DNA of 64,000 nt. It comes from Lytechinus pictus (Eukaryota). Of the stretch, positions 38,458 through 52,289 are shown one piece after another (position 1 is the first letter of the stretch; every line of letters starts with the position of its first letter). The stretch covers positions 15,006,001 to 15,070,000 of the forward strand of contig NC_087251.1 in assembly GCF_037042905.1 (NCBI RefSeq), written 5' to 3'. The position numbers and the translations under genes were made by a program. The notes under the pieces were generated by a model. That model made no database searches, was not told the origin of the DNA, and was given only the letters and a program-made list of their open reading frames with translations.

Positions 38458-41400
38458 TAATCACCTAAAATCTACAGTTTTCTTGTTGCTTCAGTTGTTC
38501 GCTGTTTTGTTTGTCTTTGTGTGTAGTGCTTTGTTTTTGTCCTGTTTTCTTGTATGTTTTATCGGAGTTTCTTTCTATTTATTAGTTTTCGTCTTATCTC
38601 GTCCAACTGCCAATTTCTACTTGCACTTTCCTAAACTTAAATCTGCTTAATTTATATACCAGGGATATAATATGTTGTTTCAATTTCCACATAGTTTATA
38701 AGCATATAAAGCTTGACCCCCATTAGTTTTCTTTTAGTATTCAATTTCAATTCAAATATTTATTTCCAAATCATTTAAAAGAATACAATGAGAACAAAAT
38801 TATACGTACATAAAGAGAATATAAACAACAACAAAAACAAAAGCAAAAGTATGAACAGAACATAACCGGAACAAATAGTGGTATTAATGAAATAATAACA
38901 GGCACATAATTTAAAAAATGAGCAAAATAATGAATGGAAATGGGGCATGCACAAAAAAGCTACAAAAAGGCTTGTTAAAACGCGCATAACCAAGATAATC
39001 ATAATATCAATCGCGAGAATAAAATTCGGTATTATGGTATGGATGCGGCAAGTACCAAAGAATAAATATAAATAAGAATCATTATCATTTAAAAAAAGAA
39101 CTTAATCAAACAAACGAAAACGTATTATATTGACCCTTGCTAATTTTAGTGAAGAAATATATATTTTAATCACTTATTTATTGTTGGGATCTCTCATCTC
39201 TCATAAACAAGCTGGGATTTTCAATGGATTCCTTTTTTTCATTTCTGTACTTTATATTTTGCTGTGAAATGCAAATTTAGTTGAAATAAAAAATTAAAAA
39301 ATCACTCAATCAATCCTATTATTTGCTCTGTCCTACTATCAAACTTCTCTTACAAAACTCGGTCAATGAATAGAATAAATTGATTATTTTGGAAGAAACA
39401 GAGTCACACAAAATTAGCTGAATATCAACTCACAAGTTCACGATTTATTTGAACATCAAAAGTGATACTATACACCAAATCCCGGTGCAAATGGGGTGTA
39501 CGATACATGCGTACACCTCGCAAAACCATTGAGGTGCAAGTTAGCTCTTATGCGAGAGTCCGTGTCTGTTGTACACCCATGTACTCTTTTCGTGCACCCC
39601 ACCAGTCTCGCTGATAGACGTATGGTATAGGTAAAGTTGATTTGTGATCGAAGATTACCCGAAATAACAATGCCCTAACGCCACACTTTACCTAAGTGAA
39701 ATGATTTGTTAAATATGTAATATTTATGGGATGATTATTGTTTCAAAAACACATTTGATTACGTATACATTTGGAGAAACAGTAAATAGAGCTATTGAAT
39801 CACAACCATCAGCACAAGTCAAAAAAGAATCGGATCATAGCGGGAAGAATCTTGACTGCAGATAAAACGAGGTGAGTTTGAGTCTCAACTAAGGTAACAA
39901 AAAGTCGATACAGAAAGTGAATGGACCGGAAGTCTCGACAATCTATTTTTAATTGTAGGTGGGGGTACATTATGCACCCTCAGGGGTAGACGTGTACAGA
40001 TGGACACTCCAAACAGGGGTGCACACTGTACACCCCTATTCGGGGTGTACGTGTGCACCGCTATAGGGTACTCGTATAGGGACAAATCTGTGCACCCCTA
40101 GGGGTGTAAAATTGAACCCGTATTTCTTAGTGTGTACTACTACTACTACTACTACTACTACTATAGTCCTTCTATAGAACCATACATTTTACCTTGAAAT
40201 CTTCTACTTTCATAAGTATAAGAATGGTATATATTTTTACATCCTTTATTACATTTAGGGTCAAGCCGGTTGAACGAAAAGTTTGCACAGTTAGCAAGTC
40301 GTTTGAACAAGATTCATGATGGATTAGTACAACGGAGAGTAAACCTTACACAATACATGTACATTGTCAATAGAACATCTTACCGACGGGTGTTAAAATT
40401 GCTATGTGATTATACTAACAAGAACACTTCTAATTGATAATTTCACTGCAGTTGATGATATCGACACTGTGTGGTGTCGGTTCAACACTGACAGTAGATG
40501 TTTGGTGTTCACTTTACACTCTCGGTGGTGATTTAAATGAGTTGCTTATTTAACACCTGACCTTTTTACAGTATTCAATCAAAACATCGCGAAAATCAAG
40601 ACAATAAACGCCTCAGAGAATATTTGAATTTCACCTAATATCGTACATTATCAATCCATTTGTTTGATTTCCATGATAGAGCCCTTCATCCATTTTTAAT
40701 TCCAACTCATCCCTGTGCCACTTGCGACTGCCCAAAGACCGTTAAGATTGGCGTGGTGACAGCAATTATACCACCATCCTCCTTTATACGTCGTTTTCAG
40801 TATCACGATCATAGGTGTAGAATGCTGAGTTGATATGATAGAACAATGCATCACCTTTACAAAGATAATAAAAGGACAATCATCATACTTGAAGCGTAAT
40901 AAAAAAGTATGAAAGATATGTTTTGCTTTGGAGATTACCCATGACACTCTTCATCCATATAGTTGTGGACATATTGGCCCGTATAAGCGATGGTCTAATG
41001 CAACACACCACTAACTATTTCTCCATAAGCGCATGTGTTAAAAATGTGGATTGATAAAACCACTAAAAGATTAAGAGATCTAGAAAATTAAGAGATCATC
41101 AAATATCCTTGATTTTCTGAGAATAAGATAGTATGTTTTCAGTTTTTTTTCTGACGGGGTCTGAAACCCAACATAATCTTTATAGCTGCAGCAAAAGTAA
41201 TGACAGGTATTCTTTGGCAACCAATTAATTCCCCATAAAACACTAAAAGGATCAATACAAATTATAGTGCTTAACTGGACTTATCTGAAGCAGTAATAGT
41301 TCCAAATTATGTTCATGTGATAAAAAGCTCTTACATGTGCATCACTGATTTTGTATGAATTTATTTCTATGAATGACGTCAAAGGTAAAATTCTGTTTAT

Positions 41401-43782
41401 ATCGTATATAATTCATAATTATGTATAATATGTCATTCCCAAATTGCTTTCATGATAAATAAAAATACCCCAATTATCATTCACAGACAGTTACGAATGA
41501 TTTGAGTGTCAAATGAGCTGTTCAATCGAACATGCACTGATGGAGATTTATGCTACATTTGTCGATCTGTAGTTAGACAACTTTAAACCAGAGTTTCGTT
41601 TTAACCAGAGTTCTGAATACCGATCATGAAGACAGGATCGGTATGATGGTATCGGTTTATTTTGATATGGGTATCTGCGAGAGAGGAGTTTGATATATTT
41701 GCATATACTCTACAGAAAATGCCCGTCAAATCACAATGAACAGTTTAGAGGTCATTGTCGAAAATTTGTGGACCAGGACAGCAGATTGTCGTAAGATTTG
41801 GAGATAACGAAAAGTTACAAATATATATGTCGTTTGTCCAGAGTCCAGGACGACACTGCCGTTTTCATACTTTCAACGTTGCAGATAGCTTCTGCTTAGT
41901 TGTTGCGAAAGCCCCTATAATGGGTCTAATTTATGCGCGGTATAATGGTCAAATTATCAACATCATGAGAACGCCCTTCTGTGGGCTAAGTTTTTTAAGA
42001 CGTTTAATGCGTGTCGAGAGGAAAGACATATCGTGGAGGGCTTTCTATTGTCAATTATCCCCGCGTATCTGCATTTTGTTCTTATGCTGTTTTCTTTTCT
42101 CCTTCTTCTTCTTAACCGATTTTGAGAAACTCGTTGACAAAGAATATTTGAGACTGCAGCAAGAATTGACATGCTTTCAGGCCAGTTTTGGATGAACTGA
42201 TGTAGTTGATAATTTTGATAAATACTAACACTGGCCGGAAATAATTATTATACAATAATGACTGGATTTGAGGGAAATATCAAATATACTGCCCGCAACA
42301 GATCCATGATTGACCCTAGTCTTTAGACTACGGCAACATGGTTCTTTAAAGGGCAATATGTTTGATGTTCACCGAAAGAAGAACCGCGCCGCAAATTATC
42401 CAGGCCTACACTGCGTTGTTTCTACTTCAAAAAAAAAAAATCCTGCAACAGAGTCTCGAAAACACCTGTATTCTTACTGTACTGTGTTTTCCCCCTTTTT
42501 AAAACAGATCTGTTCTGTAAAATTGTAGAAAAATTGTAAAAATCTTTCCTATTACAACAATTTGCAGTATAATTTGGTTATTTCTTTCTGTAAAATCTTT
42601 TTTTTTTATTGTTCGTCTTTAAAATATCCTGTTTTTTCTAACAGTATATATAGAGGTTACAAGGTTGAATCGAACTTTCACAAATAATGCCCATGCACAG
42701 TCGAATTTTACACAAAAAATCAATGGGAAAACCCGGAAGAATGAAGTATTAGATAAGTTTTACAAATAGGAAGAGATAATAATCGTCATTATTGTTATCA
42801 TTATTATTATTACCATCATTATCACTTTATACAAAACAAATAATTATACTCATCAGATATTACCGAAAATTAATATTTGGCTATTTAAGTTTACATTTCA
42901 CTCACCTGCAGATCCTCCAACAAAAGTGAGACCTCCGAGGCGATACCGATCACCCTCATTGGCAACACGAAAACCATCATATTTAGCATCCCATTGATTC
43001 CCTTGCAAATCCATCATCTTTATTCGAAGTCTGTATGTTGCCTGGTAAGTGATGCGATGTATGACATCATTACCCAGCCAGAACTCGTTCTCTAAATCAC
43101 CAAAGCCATTCTTGTAAGAAGCCCAATCTTGATAGAAATCCACACTTCCGTCCTGCCGACGTTGAATAACCTAGTATAAAGTCATACATCGATTCCACGA
43201 AATTATGAAGATAATTAATAATTATGTTACTTTGTGAATAAAAGCGGGGCCTGTATTAAAGTAATATATTAAGCTCATGAGAGAGTACCCATGTTCCAAA
43301 TGTTGTAAATATGTCATTAACATTGGGAGAGGGGGAGAATGTGATAATATCACTTTTTTAGAGGAAGAATAGAGGGGAAATACAAAGAATTATAATAAAA
43401 TGGGATAGAACGGGGAAGACATTTCCTACCCCCAATTGACGCAACCAATCAGACAAGGGTTTTGTGATCAAGATCATTTGAGAGAAAAAAAGGATGGGCA
43501 ATTGGTTTATGAAAAAACCCTGTGGCATGTAATTGCAAACGACTTTCGATTCGAATACAATTAAAAATAAAGATTGATTGAGACTCCAAAGCGTTATGAA
43601 ATAAAAATACAATTGCTTTTGGCCTTGAATAATATTACAAACGTAATTTTGGTTTCCTCCTTAACACATTCTATTTAAAGTTATCGTAATTTTCTGTAAC
43701 TTTGGTATGTTATCATATAACCAGAAAAAACTATTTTTACTTCACGGTTTAATTGCGTAAATTTATTATGTTTCATCATTGT

Positions 43783-44910
43783 AGAAACTGCTCTGGTCCA
43801 TGTATCAAATTATATTCTTCGTGCTGTTGATGACAAGAAGGCTTTTTTTCTTCTACTGTTTGATATTTTGTCGGTATTTGATACTGATGATCATAACTTG
43901 CTCTTTGATCGTTTAAAATATTGTGGCATAGGAGGAATGGTTTGCATCTGAATTTTCAGGAGAGATCACAGGTTGGCAAATGTCATCTTCTGTTAAACTC
44001 CTTTCGGAGTGCCCCAAGGCCCAATCCTCGGACCGTTGTTTCTTGCCATCTATTCTAGTCCTCTGGCAAAAATTGTTCATGAACATGGCGTAAACATTCA
44101 TATGTATGCGGACGATACACAATTATATGTTTCGTTTGATCTTACTGACCCTGCTAGTGAGATGTCTGCCAGGCTTCATTTACAAAATACAATAGATGAT
44201 ATGCTATCATGAATGCTAAATAATAAGTTGAAATTAAATGAAAGCAAGACATAGTTGTTGATCATTAGATCTAAATCACATAGTCATAGGACCGCACTAT
44301 ACTGATGACTCATTGGTTAAGGCTTTTTCATCATTTCAAAATCTCGGTGTTGTATTTGACGAAAAATGTCCATGGGTGCACATGTAAGGAAAATATGTCA
44401 ATATATCAGTATACTATTAGGAAGGTCTATGACCATAGGTCTGCTGCTATGCTCCTTTGTACTATCTCGTGTGGATATTGGGTGCTCTTATTTATAATAA
44501 CCTCACGTAATGTCAATAATCTTCAATATGCTCAGAACACAGCTGCCAGGGTTTTAACTGGAACGTCAAAATATCAACACATTTCTCAAATTCTCCAAAA
44601 ATTACATTGGTTGCCAATCCGGAAGTGTATAGAATCTAAAATACTTCTTCTCACTTGGAAAGTATTAAATGATATGGTACCAAAATATCTACAAGACCTT
44701 GTCATGCGTTATACACCAGCTCGTAGCATGAGATCATCACACGAGCATCTTCTTAAGACTTCCAAAACACGATAGGGTGAGCGAGCTTTCTCTTCCGCAG
44801 CCATAGCAGCACCTTCTCTTTGGAATAATTTGCAATTGAATTCAAGAATTATGATTATCATCACTATAGACTTTAAAATCTAAACTGAAGTGTTATCTTT
44901 TCTAACAGTA
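43783..44910 (+). mobile_element. Decayed L2/CR1-clade LINE reverse transcriptase fragment, in intron 5 of the minus FReD gene
   Basis: ETALVHVSN...; [32 protein letters not shown]...LHWLPI; stops and frameshifts present. Confidence 0.85.
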
Positions 44911-47900
44911 TTAGTTCTTGGCACTTTGACACTCATCCAAAGTCCTTCCAAGGACTATGGCAAAATGGAATCTACTACCAGTAGACACACGTGAAGCTAA
45001 ATCGGGTGATGGTTTTAAGACAAGGCTAAACAAAATTCAAATGTCTACTTTCATCCGGGGGGGCACATCATTAATTCAAATTCATCACTAGCCACACACG
45101 CCTGCAGCAATTATATCCCGATTGAGGATCTTGCCTGCAGTAACAGGAAGAAGAAGAAGAAGAAGGCAAACTCTCTCATTCTATCTTTTTCTTGTGCGCC
45201 TCATAATAGAATATTTCTAGATAGATGGCCCCATATAAATGCATATTATTATGATTTCTTACCGTCCACCCACCATCTACATCAAAGCTGCAATAAACAT
45301 CAATACGTTCTTCATCTTCTATGCCAGAACCCAAGCAAATCGTGTATACTCCACTCGTCTTTTCACCTGCATCGTAATGGTCAGAGCAGTCTTTCGGAAG
45401 CTCGTCTGAATTTTGAACGCACATAAGATTGCATCAGTTATTTGATTTAATCGTGTTTTTTCTAAATTGTTTCAAGTGACAATATTGAAATCAATAACAT
45501 CATAAAAAATGTTTTGCATATAACCTAGAATTTTGTGGATTAAATCATCACAACAAAGTGATATCATTTCATTCATTTCATTTTGTTTTCACATCATGCA
45601 TCCATCATCAACAATTTCGTAATACATAATTTATAGGAGGTAAATAGTTTGAGTTTCAGTTTAAATTTATTATGATATTGATAATTATGGGTATATAGAT
45701 TCCTGGTATACATGTAGGATTGTAGTTATACAAAGTAATAAAAATTTAACATAACACAAACATTATCATAAAAACAAAGAGATTACAAAACCACGTTTAA
45801 ATATATCTACAAAGTTAAGAATAATACGTTAAGAATTAATATCGTTTACATGAATCGTAAAGTAGAATAAATCAAATCAAAATCATATAAGACTGATCAC
45901 GCCTTTAACATAAATACAATGATATGAGAAATTTATGTTTTTATAAAAAGATAGCACTTTTAGTCAAATGGTCGGTAAAGTTTATCAGCCCCTAAATGAA
46001 AACACTTTTAGAACCTTTATATTATCAACATTATATCGTTATCATAAATTTCGAGTTGTATCGACTATCGAAAAATTTAAGTGCAATAAGAAACTTATGT
46101 GTTGATACCAAGATGATAATACTGTTCAAATGTCTATAAATCTTGTGGTAAAGTGTAAATAAGCTATCAGCCGGCTCAGCCCCTTCCCGAAAAGACATTT
46201 AGATTCTTTAGATTATTATTGTTATTATCATTAATTATGATTATGAGTTCTAGTTGTATTGAGTGATGAATGTTTGGTTATTACCTTTGCATGCATTTCC
46301 AGTAGTACTAGGCGGACATACGTGACATTCATATCCATCATATGTTTCCACACAGGACTCTCCTTGCAGACAAGGATTAGACAAACAATCTATGTGGAAA
46401 TAACCGGGGGGGAATAACAAGTTAAACGTGTCAAATCAATCAACAATTTACCTGGACGCCATCAGTAGCGGCAAAGTCTCTGCGACGTTTTCTCCCGATG
46501 ACCATCAGTATGGCCATATATGCATAATTTCCTTCATAAAGTGGGAGGGGGCACGTGGTAGTATGGGCGCAAAGAAACTTATCTAATCACAGGTTGTTGT
46601 TTTTTTGCATTTCGTAATTTAAAATGAATCTGCTGCACTAATAAACTTGCATAAAATACAAGGTTTGAAACTTTCGAGGGGGGTAACCCTTCCCCTCCTT
46701 GGCCTTATTGCTAAGACCAGCAGACCTCAGAAATGTTAGTTTCAGCATGTTGTGGCGACTTTTATGTGGAAACTTGCTTGAGGGAATAGATAATGTATTA
46801 CAAACTCAGCGAATAAATCAAACACATTGCGCTTGATATTATTCGACTCCCCAGAAATATCAAAGACAGCACGGAGGCGCCTTGAAAGGACTCCATGACC
46901 AATTGGTCTCTGAATCACAAAATTACCAATATATTGCAAAACTGCAACAGCTTATAAAGGTTATTGCCCCATGCGAACATTGTTCAAAAGATGTGATCAG
47001 TAACCAATAATATATATTTTTTTTTTGTAAGTGATCATTAAAAATGCACAGGCACTGGTCACTGTATAGACTGAATGCCAGTGAAATATTTCCTATTTGA
47101 AACATGTTAAATGTGCTTCTTCTCAATATCTTTTTTGTTGGGCGATCGGTATAATTAAATATTTTTCCACACAAAGTATATATAAATTTATTTTGAGGGA
47201 ATTTATATCACACGATATGGAGGAACTGCTCCTCACAAATGAAAACTTTAAACAAATTCATAACCAACTTATTTTTGTCGAACGTTCACCAATGTTTTTC
47301 TGTAATTTGTCTGCTTTAATATAAACCAATGTATCGTCAGGGTGAAATACTCGTTAAAGTGAAAAGCAGAAAATTGTAGACTCGAGCCTGAATTTTTTTT
47401 CTCTCTATGTTAATGATTTTCTATTCCTTGTTGAAGCTTATGAAAATAAGAAAAACAACCTTTGTAAATTGCACACATCACCTGTGGGCGAACACATTGC
47501 AAATTGACCCCTTTCTGCACAAAATTTGGATCAATCATACATAATGGTTATACACGGGTAAGATACCTGGTAAAGAGCAAATTAATTGCATTGCAATTCC
47601 TTTCATCTCGGGACGACCAGCCAATTGATGATCGGAGGGTAATCTCTTCGGAACCAGTTTGATGACGTCATCAGAAACTGGTACATGCGTATGAGGACAA
47701 GACATGGCCATCTCGGGACAAATGACATCATTTTCCGCCAGTACTGAATTAAATGTAATACGATTTAAAGAATAAAAACAGCTATTTTGTTACAATGAAT
47801 GAACGAGACAATGATGAAACATATTGTTGGTGCTCGCTCTGATTTTACAAGTAAAGCATGTACATAAATCCTTACATTCTTTTTCAAATAACTGGGTAAA

Positions 47901-49020
47901 TAACACCCTCCGCATTTATTTTAAATCATATGCTAGTGTTATCTGTTTCAAGATTATAATTGAATTCGTTTTTAGTTTAAATTTTGTAAGAATAGACCAG
48001 TAATTGTTATTCATTGCTTTGTTGTTACTTTTATTGACATTATTATCTTCATTTTTATTTTTATAATTATTATTTCTTTATCATCATTACTATTCTATGA
48101 TTATTATCCTAATTATCATGGTTGTTATAGTTTTTGTTTATCCATACTGTTTGACCTCATTTAAGAAATAACAAATTTTGAAAAGTAAGATTTAATCGAA
48201 ACTTACGCTTCCATTTACCATTTGATAATCAGACTGCAGTTTCAGTAAATGTTAGAGGTATTTGGGAGGAATCAAAATGGAATACACTTTAATTTCACGT
48301 ATTTTATGGATAGCGTCTAGCTGGAAACATTGGATTTGGTATGCTGACATTAAAAATATTAATTCTTAAAGTTGTGAATTCAAATTATTTGATACAAAGT
48401 AATTTTTTAGGATTCAAATCTTACCCAGAATTTTACTGATCATTTACCAAAGAGGTTCTGGATTTATTTCAAATGTTAAGAATCGAACAATTAAATTGTT
48501 TTTCCTCGCCCTGGCCCATTATAAACTACCGTAGAAACGCAATTTTGATCACTTTCTGCAGCGAGACGGGGGATATTGCCCCGACCAGAAATTATTCATT
48601 TTAACAATAATTGCTCTTAAAATTTGCAAAGGATTCCACACAATAATTGTAATGGATCATTCGAATTTCAATTTAAGAAAGTCATTCAAATTCAAATTTG
48701 TATATATTCATTCCTAACAGAAAATAATACTAAATCGTTACAAAGTTTACATTTCATAGCACAACTGAAAATTAACAGAAAACAATTTTTTATTGATAAT
48801 TAAATTTGTAATACACGCTTTACCCCATCGTCGATACTTACTTTTTTTTCATTCGTCCAGGTCAATAAAAATCTCTGCTCACCATCATGGTTCTAACAAA
48901 CCAATCGCAACTTATCATATACATGCATGGGCCTTCACTCTCATTTTTTTAATAATATAAATACATGATAAAAGATACAAATGTTGGTAATAAGGTCCTA
49001 GCAAAGAAAAAACTAAAAAG

Positions 49021-50080
49021 AACAAGTGGAATGCCTCTGGCCGTCTCACCTGCATCACGCGATTCAATATAGCAGCAGTGCTGATTTTGAAAACTACTAT
49101 AACTCGCACAAGATGTTCAGTGATACTTGGTTACTCTTATTTCCACGTTTTATGAACTAGACCCATACACTTATAGAGATATGATGGTAATTCAACAAAT
49201 ACCCCCAACGTGGCCAAAGTTCATTGACCTTACATGACCTTTGACCTTGATCATGTGACCTGAAACTCGCACAGGATGTTCAGTGATACTTGATTACTCT
49301 TATGTCCAAGTTTCAAGAGAAAGATCCATCAACTTTCCAAGTTATGATGGTAATTCAACAGATACCCCCATTATGGCCAAAGTTCATTGACCTTTGACCT
49401 TGGTCATGTGACCTAAAATGCGCAAAGGATGTTCAGTGATACTTCATTACTCTTATGTCCAAGTTTTATGAACTAGACCAACACACTTTCAAAGTTATGG
49501 CGGTAATTCAACAAATACCCCAATTCGACCAAAGTTCATTGACCCTAAATGACCTTTGACCTTGATCATGTGACCTGAAACTTGCACAGGATGTTCAGTA
49601 ATACTTGATTACTATTATGTCCAAGTTTCATGAATCAGATCCATAAACTTTTAAAGTTATGATGGTAAATCTACAGATACCCCCAATTCGGCCAAAGTTC
49701 ATTGACCCTAAATGACCATTGACCTTGGTCATGTGACGTGAAACTCATGCAGGATGTTCAGTGATACTTGATTAACCTTATGTATAAGTTTCATGAACTA
49801 GGTCCATATATTTTCTAAGTTATGATGACATTTCAAAAACTTAACCTTAGGTTAAGATTTTGATGTTGATTCCCCCAACATGGTCTAAGTTCATTGACCC
49901 TAAATGACCATTGACCATGGTCATGTGACATGAAACTCAGGCAGGATGTTCAGTAATACTTGATTAACCTTATGGCCAAGTTTCATGAACTAGGTCCATA
50001 TACTTTCTAAGTTATGCTGTCATTTCAAAAACTTAACCTCAGGTTAAGATTTGGTGTTGACGCCGCCGCCGCCGCCGCCG

Positions 50081-50117
<37 letters not shown>

Positions 50118-50166
50118 CGGAAAAGCGGCGCCTATAGTCTCACTCTGCTATGCAGGTGAGACAAAA
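49021..50166 (-). mobile_element. Helentron-associated (HINE/DINE-1-like) non-autonomous element with internal tandem repeats
   Basis: Subterminal inverted repeats GTCTCACCTGCAT (49043-49055) / ATGCAGGTGAGAC (50150-50162); (GCC)n microsatellite 50061-50117; about six 153-192-bp tandem units (GATGTTCAG at 49112, 49275, 49428, 49590, 49753, 49945); A/T-run insertion site. Confidence 0.65.
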
Positions 50167-50919
50167 ATGCTTAAAAGCGCTTACCTCCATTCAAAATGTA
50201 GCTCATGATGAGAACAGACGTCAAGCCGTACTGTGCCTGCAAACAATGTAAAAGATAGGTGAAAATGTGGCGGCTCTAATTTCCCATTCCCGATGGTGAA
50301 AAGTTTATATTCCCCTCCAAAAAAAATGATGAAACAGATTTATTTGAACACATTCCTTGTTTGGGGAAATCGAAATTTATCTAGACGGCTTTTTTTTTAT
50401 TGGGGGGGGGGGGGTCCGGGATTTTCCATCCCCTGTATAGAGAGAATCTTTTACAAACACAATCAATTGTGATTTTTGACAATGCTTTAACCTGTCGATA
50501 GAAGACAATTTGATCTTTTCTGTCAGTACAGTAAGTTAGAAAAAAATTAGACCCAAAAATAATAATCTCAAATCAACAACAACAAAAAAGAAACTGACAC
50601 ACAAAAATTCTCAATTTCAAAATGCTATATTTGCCTTTGCCAATTAAGTAAATGCCCTTGTGGACCTACCATTTTAATAGATGCTTAGATCTCGTCGACT
50701 TAATTAGAAGTAATGATTAGCTCACAAACAGTGCGTATCGTTGATTTTAATTTTGTTAAGGATTACAGGCATAATAATAGTGCCGTACCCATGCGCCCTT
50801 GAATGTTTTTGAAGGCTATACAGTCGATGGAAAAGCAAGGTATGAACTCCATGGTATGAATAACGCAGGTTATTATAATTCATTATGAATGATTTTCAGG
50901 GACAAAAACAACAGTAATG

Positions 50920-51240
50920 ATAATATCCTCATATTTCTAAGGGTAGCCACTTCAACTTTGAGTTTTGAAAATTGTTCTCCCAGCGGGCACTGCTTAAAAA
51001 GATGATAATATTATTACCCCGGCTCTTAATTGCATGGTTATGGGCCCGAATTCACAAAGGTGGACTCTGCAGAATCCACGGATTTTAGAATCCGTGGATT
51101 CATCCGTGGATTTTGCAGAATCCACCTTTGTGAATTCGGGCCACGCTCAAGCATTCGAGGAATTTGTTTCTACCGTGTACCCATTTACTACTACACTGGG
51201 ATGGAGAGTGGCAAATGTAGATAATTACCTTGCCAATAGC
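50920..51240 (-). mobile_element. SINE fragment interrupted by a mini-MITE
   Basis: Shares the TTATTACCCCGG...GTACCCATTTAC...GAGAGTGGCAAA core with the SINEs at 129-331 and 33062-33334. Confidence 0.5.
51043..51142. mobile_element. 100-bp hairpin mini-MITE
   Basis: GGCCCGAATTCACAAAGGTGGA / TCCACCTTTGTGAATTCGGGCC, with an almost fully palindromic interior. Confidence 0.75.
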
Positions 51241-51719
51241 TCCGTGTTCAAGCGCCAGTGTCTGACACATTGTCCTTTGCAGAACTAATCTCTTTCGTTC
51301 ATTTTTTACCTATATGCTTATCGCATAAAGCCAGTTGTACAAAATAAAACTGACAAAGAAAATATTTGTTTTTACTTTCATTTGCATGATTTAAGGTGAT
51401 ACGCACCCCCCCCCCTTTCTTGCCAATTTATAAGTATGTAACCTCATCAATGCCACACCCTTGCACATCTCTTTAGAGAGAAAACGTTATGCCAGTATAT
51501 ACATTGCCCCCTTTTCGGCCGTATAGTACATCCAACCTTCACAACTATTAGCAATTTAATGCAATCAACATACAATATTGATTAAAATTTACCATGGTGT
51601 AACCAATGAATTGTTATGAATAAGGTATAAATCAAGGGCATACAGCAAAGCCATGAAAACACAGAGAAAATAACAGATAAAAAATAAATTTCATATCACC
51701 CCCATAACAATAGACTTAT

Positions 51720-52220
51720 TCAAAACGTTTTTAAGTTTCGGATCAGAATATCAAAAATTTTCTGCTCGTGATTCGCGCTCACATTATTAATGTAGGAAAA
51801 TACCCAATTACCCATCCTTTTCCTGATTTACCAAACATGAATAGAGTGTCCCGTTTATAGGTCTGAAATCTCAATTTTGTTTCCGCTCGCTTCAATAGTA
51901 ATACCTATCCTGTTCATGATTAAAAAAGTGCTTAGAATGTCCAGTTTTTTTTTGTGTCAAAAATTTTCAGCTCGCGCTTTGCGCTCGCATCATTTAATTG
52001 TTGAAATATGTATCGTCTTAATGGATAACTGCAAATAGTTCTTATAGCAAGTCCCTTTTCGATCAGACCAGAACGTAGGTTATATCCAAAAAAATTGTTA
52101 CATACGCATCTTGTTCAGGCTCGCAAACATTGCTCAAAATGTTCAATTTTCAGGACAAAATACATGTCCAAAAATGTCCGAAAATTTTAGCTCGTGCTTT
52201 GCACTCGCACTATTTAATTG
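51720..52220 (+). repeat. Interspersed repeat homologous to 30630-31260
   Basis: Shared CCAATTACCCATC, GGTCTGAAATCTCAATTTTGTTTCCGCTCGC and CAAACATTGCTCAAAATGTTCAATTTTCAGGACAAA segments. Confidence 0.75.
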
Positions 52221-52289
52221 TACACACACACACCCTCACACTCACACACACATATATATATACATATATAAAGTTACTTAAGTTACTAA

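Larger units (their letters stand above)
40651..50672 (-). pseudogene. Paralogous EGF + fibrinogen-domain gene with a disrupted last exon (pseudogene or C-terminally truncated allele)
   Basis: Exons 50670-50672 (ATG), 50185-50236, 47567-47743, 46285-46389, 45263-45405, 42906-43170 and 40651-40854. Exons 1-6 match the plus copy in size and are open. Exon 7 has an 11-bp deletion near 40793 giving TAA at 40784-40786, plus a TCG-to-TAA codon at 40696-40698 before the ancestral TGA at 40651-40653. Confidence 0.8.

Noticed and set aside
41755..42195. 146-aa ORF in intron 6 of the minus FReD gene
   Set aside because: Non-ATG start, no recognisable motif, low-complexity part. It may be decayed repeat sequence but cannot be supported as a gene.
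44009..44775. ORFs with reverse-transcriptase motifs as a functional or domesticated RT gene (also 52130-52597)
   Set aside because: Multiple stops and frameshifts with 5' truncation; these are ordinary decayed LINE copies.
48207..48235. Short AG...GT-bounded segment in intron 2 of the minus FReD gene with a weak counterpart near 56650
   Set aside because: It gives an immediate TGA in the required phase, and the plus copy lacks matching splice sites.
49100..50040. Regularly spaced repeats resembling a CRISPR array
   Set aside because: The whole ~160-bp unit repeats with no unique spacers, there are no cas genes, and the context is a eukaryotic intron.
50014..50208. Poly-Ala ORF
   Set aside because: It is the (GCC)n microsatellite of the HINE-like element.
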